Below the pieces are notes generated by a model, which was not told the DNA's origin, did not search any database, and saw only the letters and a list, made by a program, of their open reading frames with translations. The position numbers and the translations under genes were made by a program. From positions 46,996,001 to 47,060,000 of the forward strand of contig OZ286471.1 of the NCBI GenBank assembly GCA_965644265.1: a stretch of DNA of 64,000 nt. The letters are read 5' to 3'. The stretch is from Glycera tridactyla. Its lineage: Eukaryota. Below, in pieces: positions 41,401 to 56,400 of the stretch; position 1 is the first letter of the stretch, and each line of letters begins with the position of its first letter.

Positions 41401-44400
41401 TGTATCTGCTCAGAGGCATATGGATGAGATAACGGCGATGCAGGACACACTTCCATACAAATACATGATGGCCAAGCAACTGCAACTGCAATGCGGATGT
41501 TATCTGTCCATCTAGCCAAGTAATTTCTCATCTGACATCCATTTATCTTCATCCAAGTACGACTGCTGAAATGCAAGAGTAATTTTAAGCGATTGAAGAA
41601 TGTAATTGAGAAAACATCTCTTGTCATGTAATTTCTCTCATTGATAAGATGTAACAATCTATTAACTGTGATGATCATAATTAGATAAGCACGCTTACAA
41701 CCATAACACATACATTGGATAACATCAGCGAATCATTCTACGTGCAATATCCTCTGAAGTCTATTTTCTCAGAACCTCCGAAATTTACAGTGGCACTTCC
41801 CACTTAAAGGGTAGTCGCAGGATGGAGTAGGGTCTGAGAAATCCTACTCCAGGTCGAAGATTGCCAAGTTTCAAACAATATAGACTCCAAGAATTGAACA
41901 ATATCAAGTAGAACACGTGAGAATGAAGCATATAAATGAAGTAAGTTTGAAAGTCAGGATCAGTAAGATCCAGTACCAAAGCTTGAGGTGGGGGCGACTC
42001 CATTCAAAGGGGTCTTCTACAAGGGTAAGATATGCAGTGTGGCCATGCGTACATTACAGGGTGTGTCGACACCTTCCAATCCAAGCCAAACATACTCAGT
42101 CTGGGTGGCCGGAGGATTAACGGTGTCACCAACATCGACTCTTGTAAGGCTGTCTGCCGGCAACTTCCCTTCAGCGAATGTGTCGGATTTGACTTCGATT
42201 ACAACCAGCGGGCCTGCTACATCCACAAAGCTGACACCATCATCAACGTGGAGAGCAGTCGCAGACAAGTTGACCAGTTCATCCGAGAGCCCTGCCGAAC
42301 CACCGTTGACCCCGGCGGTAAATGTTCGAACTGTGCTTGAAAAAAGTAGTCCCGAGCTTACAACACACCATAACCCATCAGCAATTTATTTCTGATGTGT
42401 TCATGGTGGGATTGACTCTGTGGAAGGTCTTTTTTCACAGCAGTTGTTCTCATAAACATTTATTTTAGACCCCTAGAATAGAGATAGAGGTGTATATATC
42501 TCTGTGTTTTAAAACCTCCCATCCCTCCAGTAAACTGTTTTGTACTCGCCTCTACCCGGACCCCCCCCCCTTCCCGTGTTCATCATGTCCGATGTAAGAT
42601 GCATGCATGAAACATAGTACCTGCCCTCTACCTTGGACGCAATGTGTGAGGAATATCCTAGGGTTATTCATAGCTGGAAAACGTACTTAGTTACATTATA
42701 TGCATGATACCTGACAAATACAGCTGGACAACCACAGAAATGTTTGTAAAGATGGCATTAATACTGCAGACGGCTCAATAAATTGGAGACCATTAAAGAG
42801 ACGTGATGTGATCATATCACCCAGTGTTAGAAACTGGATTTGCATACGAAATATCTGGAAAATGCAACAATGCTTCCTAATATGTTGCAGTATAAACTAG
42901 CTTCACAAGTATGCGAGTGGTGCTTGTTTAGAAAAATATCAAACATAGGTACAGCGATATCAGACTTCAGAGTGCCATCCATCTCATTCCTAGGTCATAA
43001 TCATATGATGAGCTGTGAAGTCACTTCTATATTTGTTGTGTTGATAAGACGAACTAGTATTTCAGCAGAGTCCTAGCTTGAGTTGATCGAGGCTGACGTC
43101 AGCAGTCAATACATGACTCTGTGTAATGTAATTGTTTGAGAATATTTGAATCTTGGTCGATATTTGGCCGGACAAAAGATTTAAATTCGAGAAGACGCAG
43201 TGACAGCTTGATCGATTTGGCTTAAGAGGCCATGCCAAATATCAAAACACATTTCTACATGGTTGTCCGGCAATTACCACGAAACACCCACACCATACGT
43301 AACTGCCGCCTGCTCTTTAGTAGTCTCTAGTTTTACCAGTGTTTTCATTATTGATTGATGCATGTCCTCTTTCATTATAGATTGCTTGAATAGTTTCCCT
43401 GCATTATAAGCAGCATGATCATTTTCCATCCAGCTTTTCTGCTGTATCATTATTCATTCTGTTTGTTTAGCAAATGTCTCTGTTGTAGTCGTCTTATTTT
43501 GTACTACATGCATATATGAGATATGATTTGTACTTTGTCCGCACAATCATGTTTGTCACTTCACAGCTTGCGCCTTTCTTGAATGCTTGCCGAAACAACA
43601 CATCACACATCTTGCTTATGGCCAATTTTCCTAATTATCAGAAGGGTCGCAGCATATTTCTTCCTGAAAATGCTGAAAGTACTCGTGGAGAAATCTGAAT
43701 CATCGAGTTCTTCACAAACCATTGGGACATTTTCCATATTGGTGGACAATCTTGATAGGATTCGAAATCAGATATCCCTATCTTTTGACAAACGTTTTCG
43801 TTGTTATTATGGTATACCTGAGCTTATCACCAGAAAATAAATTGATCAGATGGTCATATCATATGTACCCTTCCAGTGATTCTGTGACAATTCTGTAGAA
43901 TCTAATTGCTGTCTCAAATCTATGTGAAAACGTTCATTACACGTTTCCTTCAAAATAGAAGTCTTTGTGAAGATCAGAGAAACATTCTAAAAAGATGCCC
44001 ACGTGCGTTTTACCTCTGCTCAAAAATCAATGACAAAAATACAATGTATTCCATTTGGAATTCTCTCAATTTGGAATTCAGTTCGCCATGAGCGAACAGA
44101 TTTCGTTTGAATGCATAGAAAAAACAGCTATCAGTGCGGAAAAACGTAGAGGCTTGTAGACTCTTATGGACAACCGGCCTAGTCTCTCGGGGGACATCAC
44201 TGCTCGCACCAGGCGGCTGAGTCGGCTACCTATCTTGGAAGAAGCAGTAAGGAATCTATTTTGATATGGTTCATGCAGTAGGATGTTCATCCAATAAATT
44301 TCAGCAGGCTTTCCTTCTCCACATCTTCGTAGATATGGCTGTTCAGAGTATGATCGCTAAGCTCATCTTCTTGTATCCTGTCTCACCAGCAAGCGTCTTT

Positions 44401-47400
44401 CGGATCTGTGCAGTTTGTTTGAGCCACATTTCTTTGCAGACTCTTCTGTGACCAACTCGATGTTTTCGTTTTTCATGGTTGATCAAATTCTGCATTTGAT
44501 GATACTTTCATCAATGCAATCGCCCCTGTGACATCTCAACCATATTGTGGACTTGGACTACCGAGAAATATTTTTGCATGATGCATTTTCCCAGCTGATG
44601 TGGCATGCTCTGCTTCAGTGTGTTTTATTTCCGCATGCAAACGTTTCAGGATGCACTGATGTCTTCGATTTGTACTCAAATACGTTGAGTTTCGGTGGCA
44701 AGGAGGAGCCCGAAGCCACCAGCACCGCTCAGTGTCAGTCAGCCTGCCTGGCTTCACCCACCTGCGTCGGTATGGACTTTGACAATGTGGCACGTTCCTG
44801 CTACATCCATACAGCTCAGTCTATCGTGCAGGTGGAACGCGGTCGCGCCAATGTCAACCAGTTCCGCCGAATTCAGGGTCCATGTCGCCTTGGACTCACC
44901 ACCAATAAGGGTAAAAACCATATCCTGATCCATTTAGATGTCAATCGGTAAAGTGGAAAGCAGATGAACTTCGAATCATTTTCTCTCTGTGACACAGAGG
45001 CCGAGATGTCCTGCTAAACTAAATCTGGTCTATCAAAAATCATAACTTACAACCTTCATACACTCACAATTAGGTCTGTAAGACGGTGAACTCAGGGCAT
45101 GCCCACTGGGTATCATAAGTGTAATGATAGAATAATCTTGCGAAGTTTCTATGTAGTGAACTTGAAATGATGTCGATTATCATATTCACCTGCATGGCAT
45201 GACCGAAAATATCACTATCGCAATACACACGTCTATGCACGCCAGCTATGGATTTCCTACAGTATATTCCTTTTTGAACATATCATCCAAAATGGGGTGT
45301 TGTCAAATAGATTCATCGACATTACTGTAATTCATCGACATTACTGTAATTGAACTTCCAACACAGAGGATGTTCTTTCAAAAAAAATAATTCCCTCGGC
45401 ATCGAAATAATCAGGGTCGAATGAAAATTCACCTACTTTTCAGGGACGTCACCAGCCAAATTCACTTCTCTTCTGGTGATTTATCATGTAGATTTCGTGG
45501 TGGCCGTGGTAGAGGTCACAGGCAATTGAGCATATACAGGGTGACAGTGGCAGATGTCTCAATCAAACAGTCGCTGTATCTAAATGCACCAAGTAAGAAG
45601 GCAAGAAAAGGTTCTATTCAAGTGGTACACATCCATGTCGTGTGTCATATTTGGTCATGGGTCAATGGTCATCCTGCCAGTAACTGACCAATATTGAACC
45701 TTAAGTTAGGAAAGATGAAAGACGGCGATACCAATGTGAACACCTTCGCTATCCATATATTTCTATAATAGCTGCCTGTCTTTATTTTGGTAACAAAGTA
45801 TGATTCAGACGGAACTACTTGGGCTAGAGAGCATTTGTTGGGAAGGATGGATTGATCAGATTTATTCAGCGCCATAGTAGTGTGCTCCGTGCCTGTCAAG
45901 TTCTGGTCTAGAGACGATTAACTCCTATGCATTGCAAGTCAAATCAAATAGGCGTAGTAATGGAGTGAAGGCGCTTTCTAGTCGAGAGTTTGGTGGGTGA
46001 CACATGGTTGTTATAGTCAGTCGATTGTTGACTTCTAGGCTGCGTGGACAACTTCGATGTGTTGGACCGTACCCTGGCATGGGGTGGCGTGCTACAGGAG
46101 GGTGTGGACACCCTGGGCGAATGCAAGGCTATCTGTCTCTCCATCGTCTCCTGCACAGCTGTTGACTTCGACACTCGCATCAAGTCCTGCTTCGTGCATG
46201 ACCAGTCTAGCATGAATCAGCTGGTGCCAGATCGGGACTTTGTTTCCCACTATCGTCGCATACCCTGTGCCGTGTCGACCACCGTTCCCAGCGCTTCCCC
46301 GGGTACGATTACTGGGGTTTTTGCAACCATTGATCATTGGGTTAGAGTACATCCGAATTATTGCACCAGAAGGAATTCATGGAACCGGTATATCATGGAA
46401 ACAATTGTAATCAGTATAGGGCAGAGTCACTAGTCCTCCACAGATCCCATACTAATGCTCTGATGCAATTATCATGAGTTCATAATTGCGGGAGTCGTGA
46501 GCCTTTAAAGGTTGTACACGTATTCCACCTATATGCCCATTGAGTAGCATATATGTTGCAATTCTGCATCGTCATTCAGAGGGGGTAGCGATAACCATTT
46601 TTCTGCATTCATCAAATATTTATGGCACAATGTCACGTTGATACTATGACAAATACTCATTCAGTGATATACATACTGATACAGTAAGGGGTCAATTTGT
46701 CTTATCAATTTTGACATCCCAGTAGTCATTTGGAGGTGGGATGATTGAAACCCTCAATATTATTTAAATTCAGTAACATATGCATATATGGCATAGTAAT
46801 CATCTATGATGTAGCTCAAATATGTGTGAGTATTGTATAGACTCCATCGACCACATTATAGAAGTTAAGTCAATTTGGAAGTACCTCGCCCCAAATATCA
46901 TCTAGCCTCTCTCTAATATTTTAACCTCTACTTCCCGGCAATTTTAGGTTGTGTGGATTCTTTCCAAAAATTTGTTGATCAACTGAGTTTGGACGGAAAG
47001 CGACAGAATGGGATCACTACAGAAGACACCTGCAAGAAAGCCTGCCTGGCTTCTCCCGAATGCGTTGGTTTTGACTTTGATATTGCCCTCAGTCTATGCT
47101 ATCTGCATGACTCCGTCACCATCGAAAACATCGTGCCCGATCGGGAGTTTGTGCACCAGTGGGTGCGCAAATTTGGCTGCCTGCCGATCATCAGCACCAC
47201 CACCGACCCTGGTAACCCATCTATATTTCATCATTTTTTGGCATGGCATGTGCATGTTCGGTGCCAGTGCATGTGAGGATGATCGATGGTGGTTAATACC
47301 AGGATGATTCAGGGTTGTATCCGGAAGCAACACGGGCTCGTTTCTCATACATGTTGGTCTCAGAAACCACCAATGGGCAATGCACACCCTGGATCGACAT

Positions 47401-50400
47401 CCCGTCAGGGTATCGTTCGATGCCTACATGAACGAGCCCAAATCATCCACATTTCTACATGAGATGGGATGCTACAGAAGGGTATCCCTCTCGGAGGAAG
47501 ATGCCCTTGGTCAGTACCAAGATGACCTTTAGCATGAGCGAATGGTCCGAGTGCAAATCAGGCCGCAGCACAGAGTGGACGGAAGCAATAAAACAATAAA
47601 TTTGCATGCGATGATCATACGTTCTTCATAGGCGATGTCAGTCTATATTCAGACAGTCATCAAGCAGGGGATGGATTATGCCCAGACAGGGCCTTCTCTG
47701 CATGCCGGGTCTGCACTTTGATCACATCGGTAATAGTTAGTTGGTCTCTATGGCGCCAGGTCTACCCTGGCTCTTGCAGCCAGATCTTCAGCATGGATCA
47801 CGTATCTGATCACACTGTGATTTTCATCACTTCCACATATCTCTAGGTGACTAATATTCAGGTGCTGAGGCTCTGCATATTGTCATCAATTCTATGTCTT
47901 TTTCATCATCGGATTGTACAAGTGCATGCATTCACTCTACTTTCATTCCTGGAAAGATGTTTGAGATGCAACATCCACTCGAAGGCCAATATCAATCCGA
48001 GGAGGGCAAGCGGATCGGATACATCTCGTATCAGACGGATTGGTCTCAGAGCATGACTCTAGGGACTGGAATGGGAATAGCTGCGGGAGTTTCCTGAGTG
48101 CTGTAGCATGTTTGTCAGCTCATTGGTCTATTGGTTTATTTGTGGTGTACTGTCTTTCTATTGATTTCTTATGATGAGCACACATTGATTGATTGGATAC
48201 ATTGTTTCTCTGCATGTAGAGGTCCACTGGCTGACTCCTCGAATCGTACTTCAATACATTGACATAGACAACTTAACCATGAAATCTAGCCAGGTTCGCC
48301 TATATAATGAAAGACAACTCCAAAATATTGATTTAATTCCCAATCGAAATAATCATGATCATATATTTTGTTGTTGAACATATATTCCTGCCATAATTCA
48401 AAACTCATTCGCACTTAAGATCCAAACTTTGAACAGTTCATTCCTGTTGAATATCCCACTGGATCTTGAAGCACTTTCTATAACTGTAAGTGCAACTGTA
48501 CTGATATCAAACAGGTATGGTCAAATTCGTGAAACAATGTAGATAGATATATAGTTCGCTTCGAGCCTCTGATTCACCAAAACGTGCATCTAATGCTTTT
48601 GCCATCGATTCTATTATGATAACAATTACTCAGTAGCATCCTGTGCAAACTTCTAGATTTGCATCAGGCATTCTCGATACCTGAGTAGCAAATTGTGCTT
48701 GGAATATATACTCTTAAGTTCTCAAAATATTTCCAGATTGCATGACTTACCTCTTTAGGGGAAGAATATACAATAGGCTTTGGTCTCAATGCATTTTTCG
48801 CACTGCTTGAAACCAATGTGATGCTTATGGTTCCCTGCATGGTGTTTCCTTCTTCATCTTATGCCTAGGTTTTGTTTGAATTTTTATTTGTGATACAATT
48901 CTCTAATTTTCGTACCGTATTGAACGAATGATGCAATCATGTGATGAATATGTACATTTTATGTTCTATACTTTCTGTAAATATCCAGACGCATGTTGAG
49001 TGCATTTCCCTTGCCTATGAACTTTGCTCATCAACTGTCCACCTGGTATGCAAATATCCTGAGTGCACTTTAATTGAGAATATATCCAATTATTGTTTTT
49101 ATTGTGATTGCACATCTATTCATTTCAGATTGGACACAGATATAGATAAAATTCATCTTGGTAGAATCACGCCGAAGTCATGTGCAGGTGTATTTCAGAT
49201 TGGCGCTGCTGATGGGTGACAACGATGTCAATAGAATCGGATGAAATAAAGAGTCGTTAGATACAAATGGTGTGAAACGAGATTGATGTGCTCATCAATG
49301 GGATGGGACTCCACATGACATCCCTTTTTTTTCCTCATCTCGGATTGTTTCGGTTAACTGAAGCTGCTGGTAGATGCCATGATTCACAAAACAGTTAGTG
49401 ACACGCACCCACGGAATAGGCTCACACGAATTCGGCAGGTTTTTGCTCTGTGAAATACATGAGGTCCGACTGCGTCTATCACATGTATGATTGTTCTTGT
49501 ATCTCAGAGTATAATGGCACGGGACGGACCCCAGATTAGTCGTGAAGAGACAATAAGATATTCATCGCATTCATCCAATTTATTTCAGGTTGCGACAAGT
49601 TCATTCTTTATCCAGGAACTCTAACGCCTGGTGGCGTCCTAGTTCCCGGCGCTACAACCGCTGGACTATGCAAGCAGGTCTGTGCAGCAGATCCTACCTG
49701 TGTTGCTGTGGACTTCGATAGGCTGAAATCAGCGTGTTTCCGCCACACTTACCGTTACAAAGTCATTCCCAATACAGTGAATGTGGACCAGTATGTGAAA
49801 TCCTGCACTACTTCCACAACTAGCGCCACGACTGGTAAAGATATTTTGCGGGGTTTCTCCTTTTGTCTACTGTGTGGTTCCCTGCTTCATGCTTTTAAAT
49901 CCTCCCCAAGTTGGTATGATTTTGTCAAGAGGGTTTGCCGCAAATCTCAAGGGAATGATTTGTATGGGTGTTGCTATACTTTTGATCCCATCTCCCTATT
50001 TTGGTTGGTGTGTAGAGCATCGCTCAGGCATATAATACTCATCTACCGTATGTTCATGCCAGCCAGGATTTGGCATCATGCGATGGTAACCCCCCCCCCC
50101 CCCCCCCTTCCCCGTGGCGAAAGTTTGTGATGATGACTCATCTTCGGAACATTGCATTCTTGCTTGAAGAAATACAATTCGACAACAGTGACTGTTGGTA
50201 ATGCGATTAAATCACCCAAGCAAAGACTAAATACACGTGACGCTTCATATCTGAAATCTCCACTGGTCATGCATGTATGACGTATACTTGTTACTTCCAG
50301 TTATATATGACAATTGAAAAATACTCTGTCTACGGTGGCTGGATGAGTCCACTCGTATAGGAGATACAGTGCATTGATACATCAGAGGCGCAATACTTCC

Positions 50401-53400
50401 GTTCAAAATGAGTGAAGGGAAAAAGAATGATATATATATTCAATAGGAATATTTGGACCTAAGCTCATTACACTCCCCAACCACCAAAACCCATCCACAC
50501 CCCACCTGAAGTAGAACGTAGCAAGAAAATATATCTAATTAATGGTCCCTAATAGTGGTGATAGTCTGGGAACAAACAAATGCTAATTCCCCCTGAGATG
50601 AGTCATCGTCAATCCTCCTGCTGTGATATCATTTGAAGTTTTTTCTGCGTTCTTTGGGTTGTAAAGCTTTGTCTCCCGTTTAGATTCTTCTTCGGTTTGA
50701 TCTGTGGGATTCTGTTCTGGTTGGATTTTGAAGTTGCATTTTGGTTCAGTCGTCTCTATCCTTGCAGTTTTTATTTCTGATCTCTGTTTTCGTAATCTAT
50801 TGCCATATACGCCAGATGGCTGGAACGTTGTAATTTATATACTGTGTCACTGGACAATAAATCACAAGCTTTGCTGTAGTATTTTATGACTGCAGATAGC
50901 AATACACTAGGAATTGTACATACCATGTACTACTAGATCTATGTTAAAGTTCTGGCTTTTCATCCGAATCTTAGCTCTATTTTCTTGAGCAAGAAAACTA
51001 CTCATAAACGTCAATTTGTCAGCTTAATACAAATTACCAAAGATTCCTGTGGTAAAGTACTCGGATAACACCCGGCTAAATGAACCGGTAAGGAAGCCCT
51101 CCCATCATGGGGAATCTCACAGTATTAAACGTTATGATTGAACATTCAGCATTAAAGGAAGGATTATTGATTTACATCAATAGTGATAGCAGTGGCAGGT
51201 GGAGTAGTAGTAGTAGTAGTAGTAGTAGTTGTAGTAGGAGTAGGAGTAGTAGTAGTATATTTTCCCATTAATATCATTGTTATCAATATCATTGTTATTG
51301 ATATCATTATCATCATTATCATTGTTATTATTATCATTATTCACCATTCATCACAGGACAGATATTGAGAGCCAGTACCATCTGGGCGGCAACCAATAAA
51401 TATCTAAAACCTCCCCAACTATCCCCAACCATGCAACTTTACCTCGGTGACTTCCTATTCTTGGTGGAATGCATGTATCATTGAGAGAAAAACCACTATC
51501 CCATTTCAGGGTGCCTCGATTCTTTTGCTCTGAAGGCAAGTACGCTGAGTTTTGGTGGGATCAAGCAGGATGATGTCAACAATGTTCTAGCATGCACATC
51601 ACGATGTCTGGAAATAGTTGGGTGTGCAGGCTTTGACTTTGATAGAATTCAAAAGAACTGCTACACCCATACCCAGACATCTATCAACAGCAGAAATGAT
51701 AATGAACCTAATGTGGACCAGTTCCTCAGGGTTCCCTGCTCATCGTCGACGCCTACAACTCCATTTGGTAACACAGATTCTGTGTGATTCCTTTCTCGTG
51801 TTTCTGCTTGATGCATCACTTAACAAGATGCGTCATTTCAATATTCCTAATCATTATTTCATGCGTGAAACTCTTTGCTGAAAGTCTCCACTTTTATCTC
51901 TTTTTTCGGATATATTTGGTGCTCTATGGCTTGCTAATTCCTTTCCAATATTCGTTGGTTTTGTGATGAAAGTCGGTTTCTACTTCAAGTAATTTGTATG
52001 TTTCCAGCGATCCCAGCATTCAGTCTATCCTGGAATGTGTACGATACAATCCCATGTGGTAACGATTCTGACATTTTGTCTCCCTGTTTACGAGTGAATA
52101 TTCATGTTTTCATGCAAATCGTATTGCATCTAGTCAGCATTTGTTTACACCCCTTCGCATTGCTTCTCTGGTCGACATCCATAGAATTTGTTTGAAGCTG
52201 ATTCTTATGAAATAAGTTACTGCAATGTCAATGATATAAAACATCATGTAGTTATCTCCCCAGCATCTCCCCAGCATTGTTCAAAGTAGAAAGACACACT
52301 CCATCATGCGCTTCTTCAGATTAGATACTCATAAAATATTCGCATCCATTTTGAAGTATTTCCCATTAATATGAGATCCATTAATTTCATACGAAAAACC
52401 CAATCTCAAAATTTGCTAACATTATCTGGCTTGGCTCTGTGTTGATGTCCACAGAAGGGTCACACATTCCACGCCTGATGGATCGGTCGACCAGTCATGT
52501 GATAGAATTAAATCCCTCACCTACAGTGACCGGAGATGCGCTGCATTGATAAGTCATTAAAACGATGAAAAGTTTGTCCTCTTGTATGAAAGGCTGTATC
52601 ACAATTCAATGCTACACTCTTTTGCAGGTTGCCGCTTCAGTATGTCTCCAAACACACTGAGTTTGAATGGTCAAGAACAGTATGGGGTTTTATCTGCCAA
52701 GGGTTGCGAGGATGCCTGTATGAGGGATACCAACTGTGTAGGATTTGACTTTGACAGAAAGTTGTCCAAGTGCTTCACTCACGGATCTGGAACTATAAAT
52801 AATAGAAAAACCAATAAACCGAAGGTAGACCAATACATGAAGGTGGGCTGCGACGGACCTTCAACCGGTAAAAACGCCTTCTCGGCAATTTCTGCTTCAT
52901 ACCCTATGTATTATCAAATAGCCGCTAAAGATGGATTTGTATCCTAAGTATTATTGGCCCCGATTGCATATGATGATGGTTGCTATCAAAATCACGTAGG
53001 CGTGCGAGAGAATCATTTCTATGATTCAATCCACTGAAACTTTCTCCAAATTTTATCGCTTGAAAAATGTCGAGACCCTTATGTGACCCTAAAAGTGCTG
53101 TGGCACATGCGCGTGCTCCGCGATTCCTTACACCAAAAACTAGGATTGATTCCTACATGAAGCGATGGTATCAGAATGAAGTGGGAAAATGTCTCCAATA
53201 CGACCAATTCAGCTAGTACATTGTGATAAACTAAATCATAGTGAACATTAATATACGGCAGGAAAACAAGAATCAATTGAAAAATGCCCATTGTTCCGAC
53301 ATATAATCATATAGATATCATGGAGTTACTTACTTTATATATATATATGAATCCAAGAGAGCTAGCATATATACGTCCGATTGGAACGAAAGCTAGCGAG

Positions 53401-56400
53401 CAAAAGACTGAGCGCGGGTTAGCCCATGGCCAGTCTGATGATTCAACTATTATTAGACCAATACTTCCTAGAGGGGGGTACCAGGTTTGAAGCGCAGTAG
53501 CGGCTATTCATACGAGCTACAAGCGTCAGAACCGCCGGAATTCTTGGAAACTGGTCAAGAACAATCCATACAAGACATGGAATTGGCCAAATCGCCGATC
53601 CTACGTCAGAACTGACCTGATTATCGTAGGCTGATGACGTAGGTTCGTAGGTCGATATCTCGGCACCGCTGGGTCCCAGGAACCCAAAAATGGTCCCAGA
53701 CGGCACTCGGACATCAGAATCAGCCGAGGAATGCTTAGAAACGGGAAACCTCACTTTACTATAAAATTCGCAGAAAATCAGAAAATCGGGGTATTGCGAT
53801 ACGGGCACTACCATACGTTATCCCAGGGGCAAGGAAGGGACTGGACTACCGAACGGACGGCTACGACATCGACATCCCCAAGATCTCGAACCTCACTGAG
53901 TAGAGCTTAACGGCCTGCTTGTCACAGCTATATTCGAGCGATTTGTGTTTTACTTTACAAACACTCTACCCCACACTCAAGAGTTTGTGTACGAAATAGT
54001 GACATTCTACGGCTAGTGGTTCCTAGTGAAAACGCAGACAATACAAGTGGACTCAACATCACTTTAATGTGGGAATATTTGATCGTAGGAGTACGCGGTG
54101 AATTTGGTGGTCCATACCTTCCACTGCCCCTCGCAGATACAGTACAACAACAGAAAAGCCGTCATAATATAGATATCTGAACTATCTGCCATTTATTTCA
54201 GATTGCACTGATTCATTCACCCTCAAACCAAATACAATGAGTCCAGGAGGGGTGCAACAACAGGTCTGTACAACGATTGATACGTGCAGAACTACCTGTA
54301 ATGACGATCCTCGTTGCGCTGGGTTCGATTATGACAAAGCTAATAATTGGTGCTTCATACACACACAAGCGACCATCGGAAATTGTATAGCGAACACGCC
54401 AAATGTAGATCAATACGTCAAGACGAACTGCGGTCCACCTAGTGGTAATATACTTTGCATCTGGGAGTGGTTCATGCCGATTGTATATCCAGCTTGTTCG
54501 GGGACAGGATCACGTTGTGTACTCATTGATATAATCTCTACGGGCAGCACAATAGCCAAATGGATGGGACAGATAGATATTATATGCAGCTTGGTTTCGG
54601 AATTGCAAAAGCAGGAGTGCAATCTTTCTTTCTGGTCCTGATCTTAGCTCGTTTGCCACGGAGGGTCAGATGCGGATTACAGGCATCATTATGTATATCA
54701 GCTTGCTGGATAGTCATTTCATACTCATATGTCTGTCTGTCTGTCTGTCTCCCTATCTGTTTGGTCATCTATCTTTTCTGCCTGTTTGTTCTTCTCTTGG
54801 CCCGTTTGCCTTCAGTCGGTCATTCTGTCCCTCCATATCGAATACTCCCTTCTCTTTCTCTATCCTCTCTATCTTTATTCTTCATCCTCTTTCCTTCCTG
54901 TCCTTCTCCTCCTTTGTCATCTTTGTTTCTTCCTCCCCCTTCTTTCTTGTCTTCTCTCCTTTCCGTCCTCTTTCTCCGATTTTTCTTCCAACATTGTCTC
55001 AAGATGATTTTTTCCTTGTACATCACCATGCCTCTCCAACTAAATAGCCTCAAACTCAAAACTCAAACACAAAATTCTCTTATTTTAGCACAATATCATC
55101 ATGAGTGTATAATAACAACGTGAAAATAAAATGATACTCGTCTCAACTGAGATAGCCCCCCCCCCCCCCCTTCGGGAATAAATATAGAAAATGGGAGGCG
55201 ATGGTTAGTTATGGAAGAGTGCATAGAAAAAAGGAAAAGCCAAAAACTGCGGTCCAGACCAGACCAGTCAAGCGATAAGAGCCCCACTTTTCCGCTTTGC
55301 GTGTTCATCTTCAATAAGACGGTGATTGCATGTGGTCACCAAACAAAAGAGCTCAAGACAAGCGATGAGGTGATGGTGGAGAGGATTTGAGCCAAGCAAT
55401 CAAGCCACACCACCAAAACTGCAAGAGCTAACTTGTCACTTCAACATTTAAGGCCGATCAGAAAAATATCGGAAGTTTCTTTACTGAGCTCCGACATAGC
55501 TAAAGATAGTTTCCAATTCAATTGTTAAGATATACATTCAGACTGGTCGATTTCTCTGTTTCTAACATCTGCTTCGAGATAGAAAAAATAGATTGTATTG
55601 CATTCAAGTTCCTTTTCTCTAAGGACGCAGTCATTCCTTTCTCAATTTGAGTGTCCATTTTTCTCAGTGGTTCTATTTGCCTCTTATTGTCTTTTGCCAC
55701 ATATATCGGATGATGTTGCATGATCGCATATATCAGATTTTACCACTATGCACCTGCAGTGTGTTCATTCCAGCCAGTGGTGAAGATACTTACCATTGAC
55801 CGTGTCAAACATGACCAGGAATTCCGATTCCCGGGCAAAAAGGACACCACGAGTGTTCAATTTTCATGGAGTTCCACTTGCTGTTGTGGATCCCACGGTC
55901 GACCTGAATTGTTCCACCCCAGCATATGCTCCTTTGACGGGGAACAACCGATCCATCCTGTATCCGTTATGCAGTGTGGAAGATGGCTGTGAGTGAACCT
56001 ACTGCACCTGCATAATGCCAGCATTATCGGTGGTCAATTTGCATTCTATATTCTCATCATAACTTGGATCGTGCTTATATATATATATATGGAGGATTTG
56101 TTCTACTAGTTATTCGATATGGGTCAATCTGTAAGGTTGTGGCTGATATATACTGTTTCTATGTACGCGTAGGATCCATCTACTATTTTCTCATTGGAAT
56201 GACAGAGATTTGCTTCCCACACTGTCTGCTACCTGGTTTGTAATCCCCGCCACGAGGCGTTATTTTAATGATAGCCGTCTGAAAATAGTCTATAATTGCC
56301 CTGCAATACATTTGTCTCACCACAGCAAAATTTGGATGGGAAGCGGTGGTTCTCCTATCGAGCTAAGATAGGGGTGGTTTTGTCCAGCTAAGAGTTGTGA

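Noticed and set aside
45311-45348. 19-bp exact tandem duplication attcatcgacattactgta x2
   Set aside because: Ordinary slippage-type micro-duplication with no element between the copies.
47894-48056. Faint PAN-like fragments (CTSAC; CNIHSKANINPRR) in two frames
   Set aside because: No splice acceptor, no GFDFD, and the motifs are in different frames; too weak to call a decayed exon.
55774-55988. Exon-like segment with good splice signals on both strands
   Set aside because: On + it would be phase 0 to 2, incompatible with the flanking modules. On - (55986-55794) all three frames contain stops.
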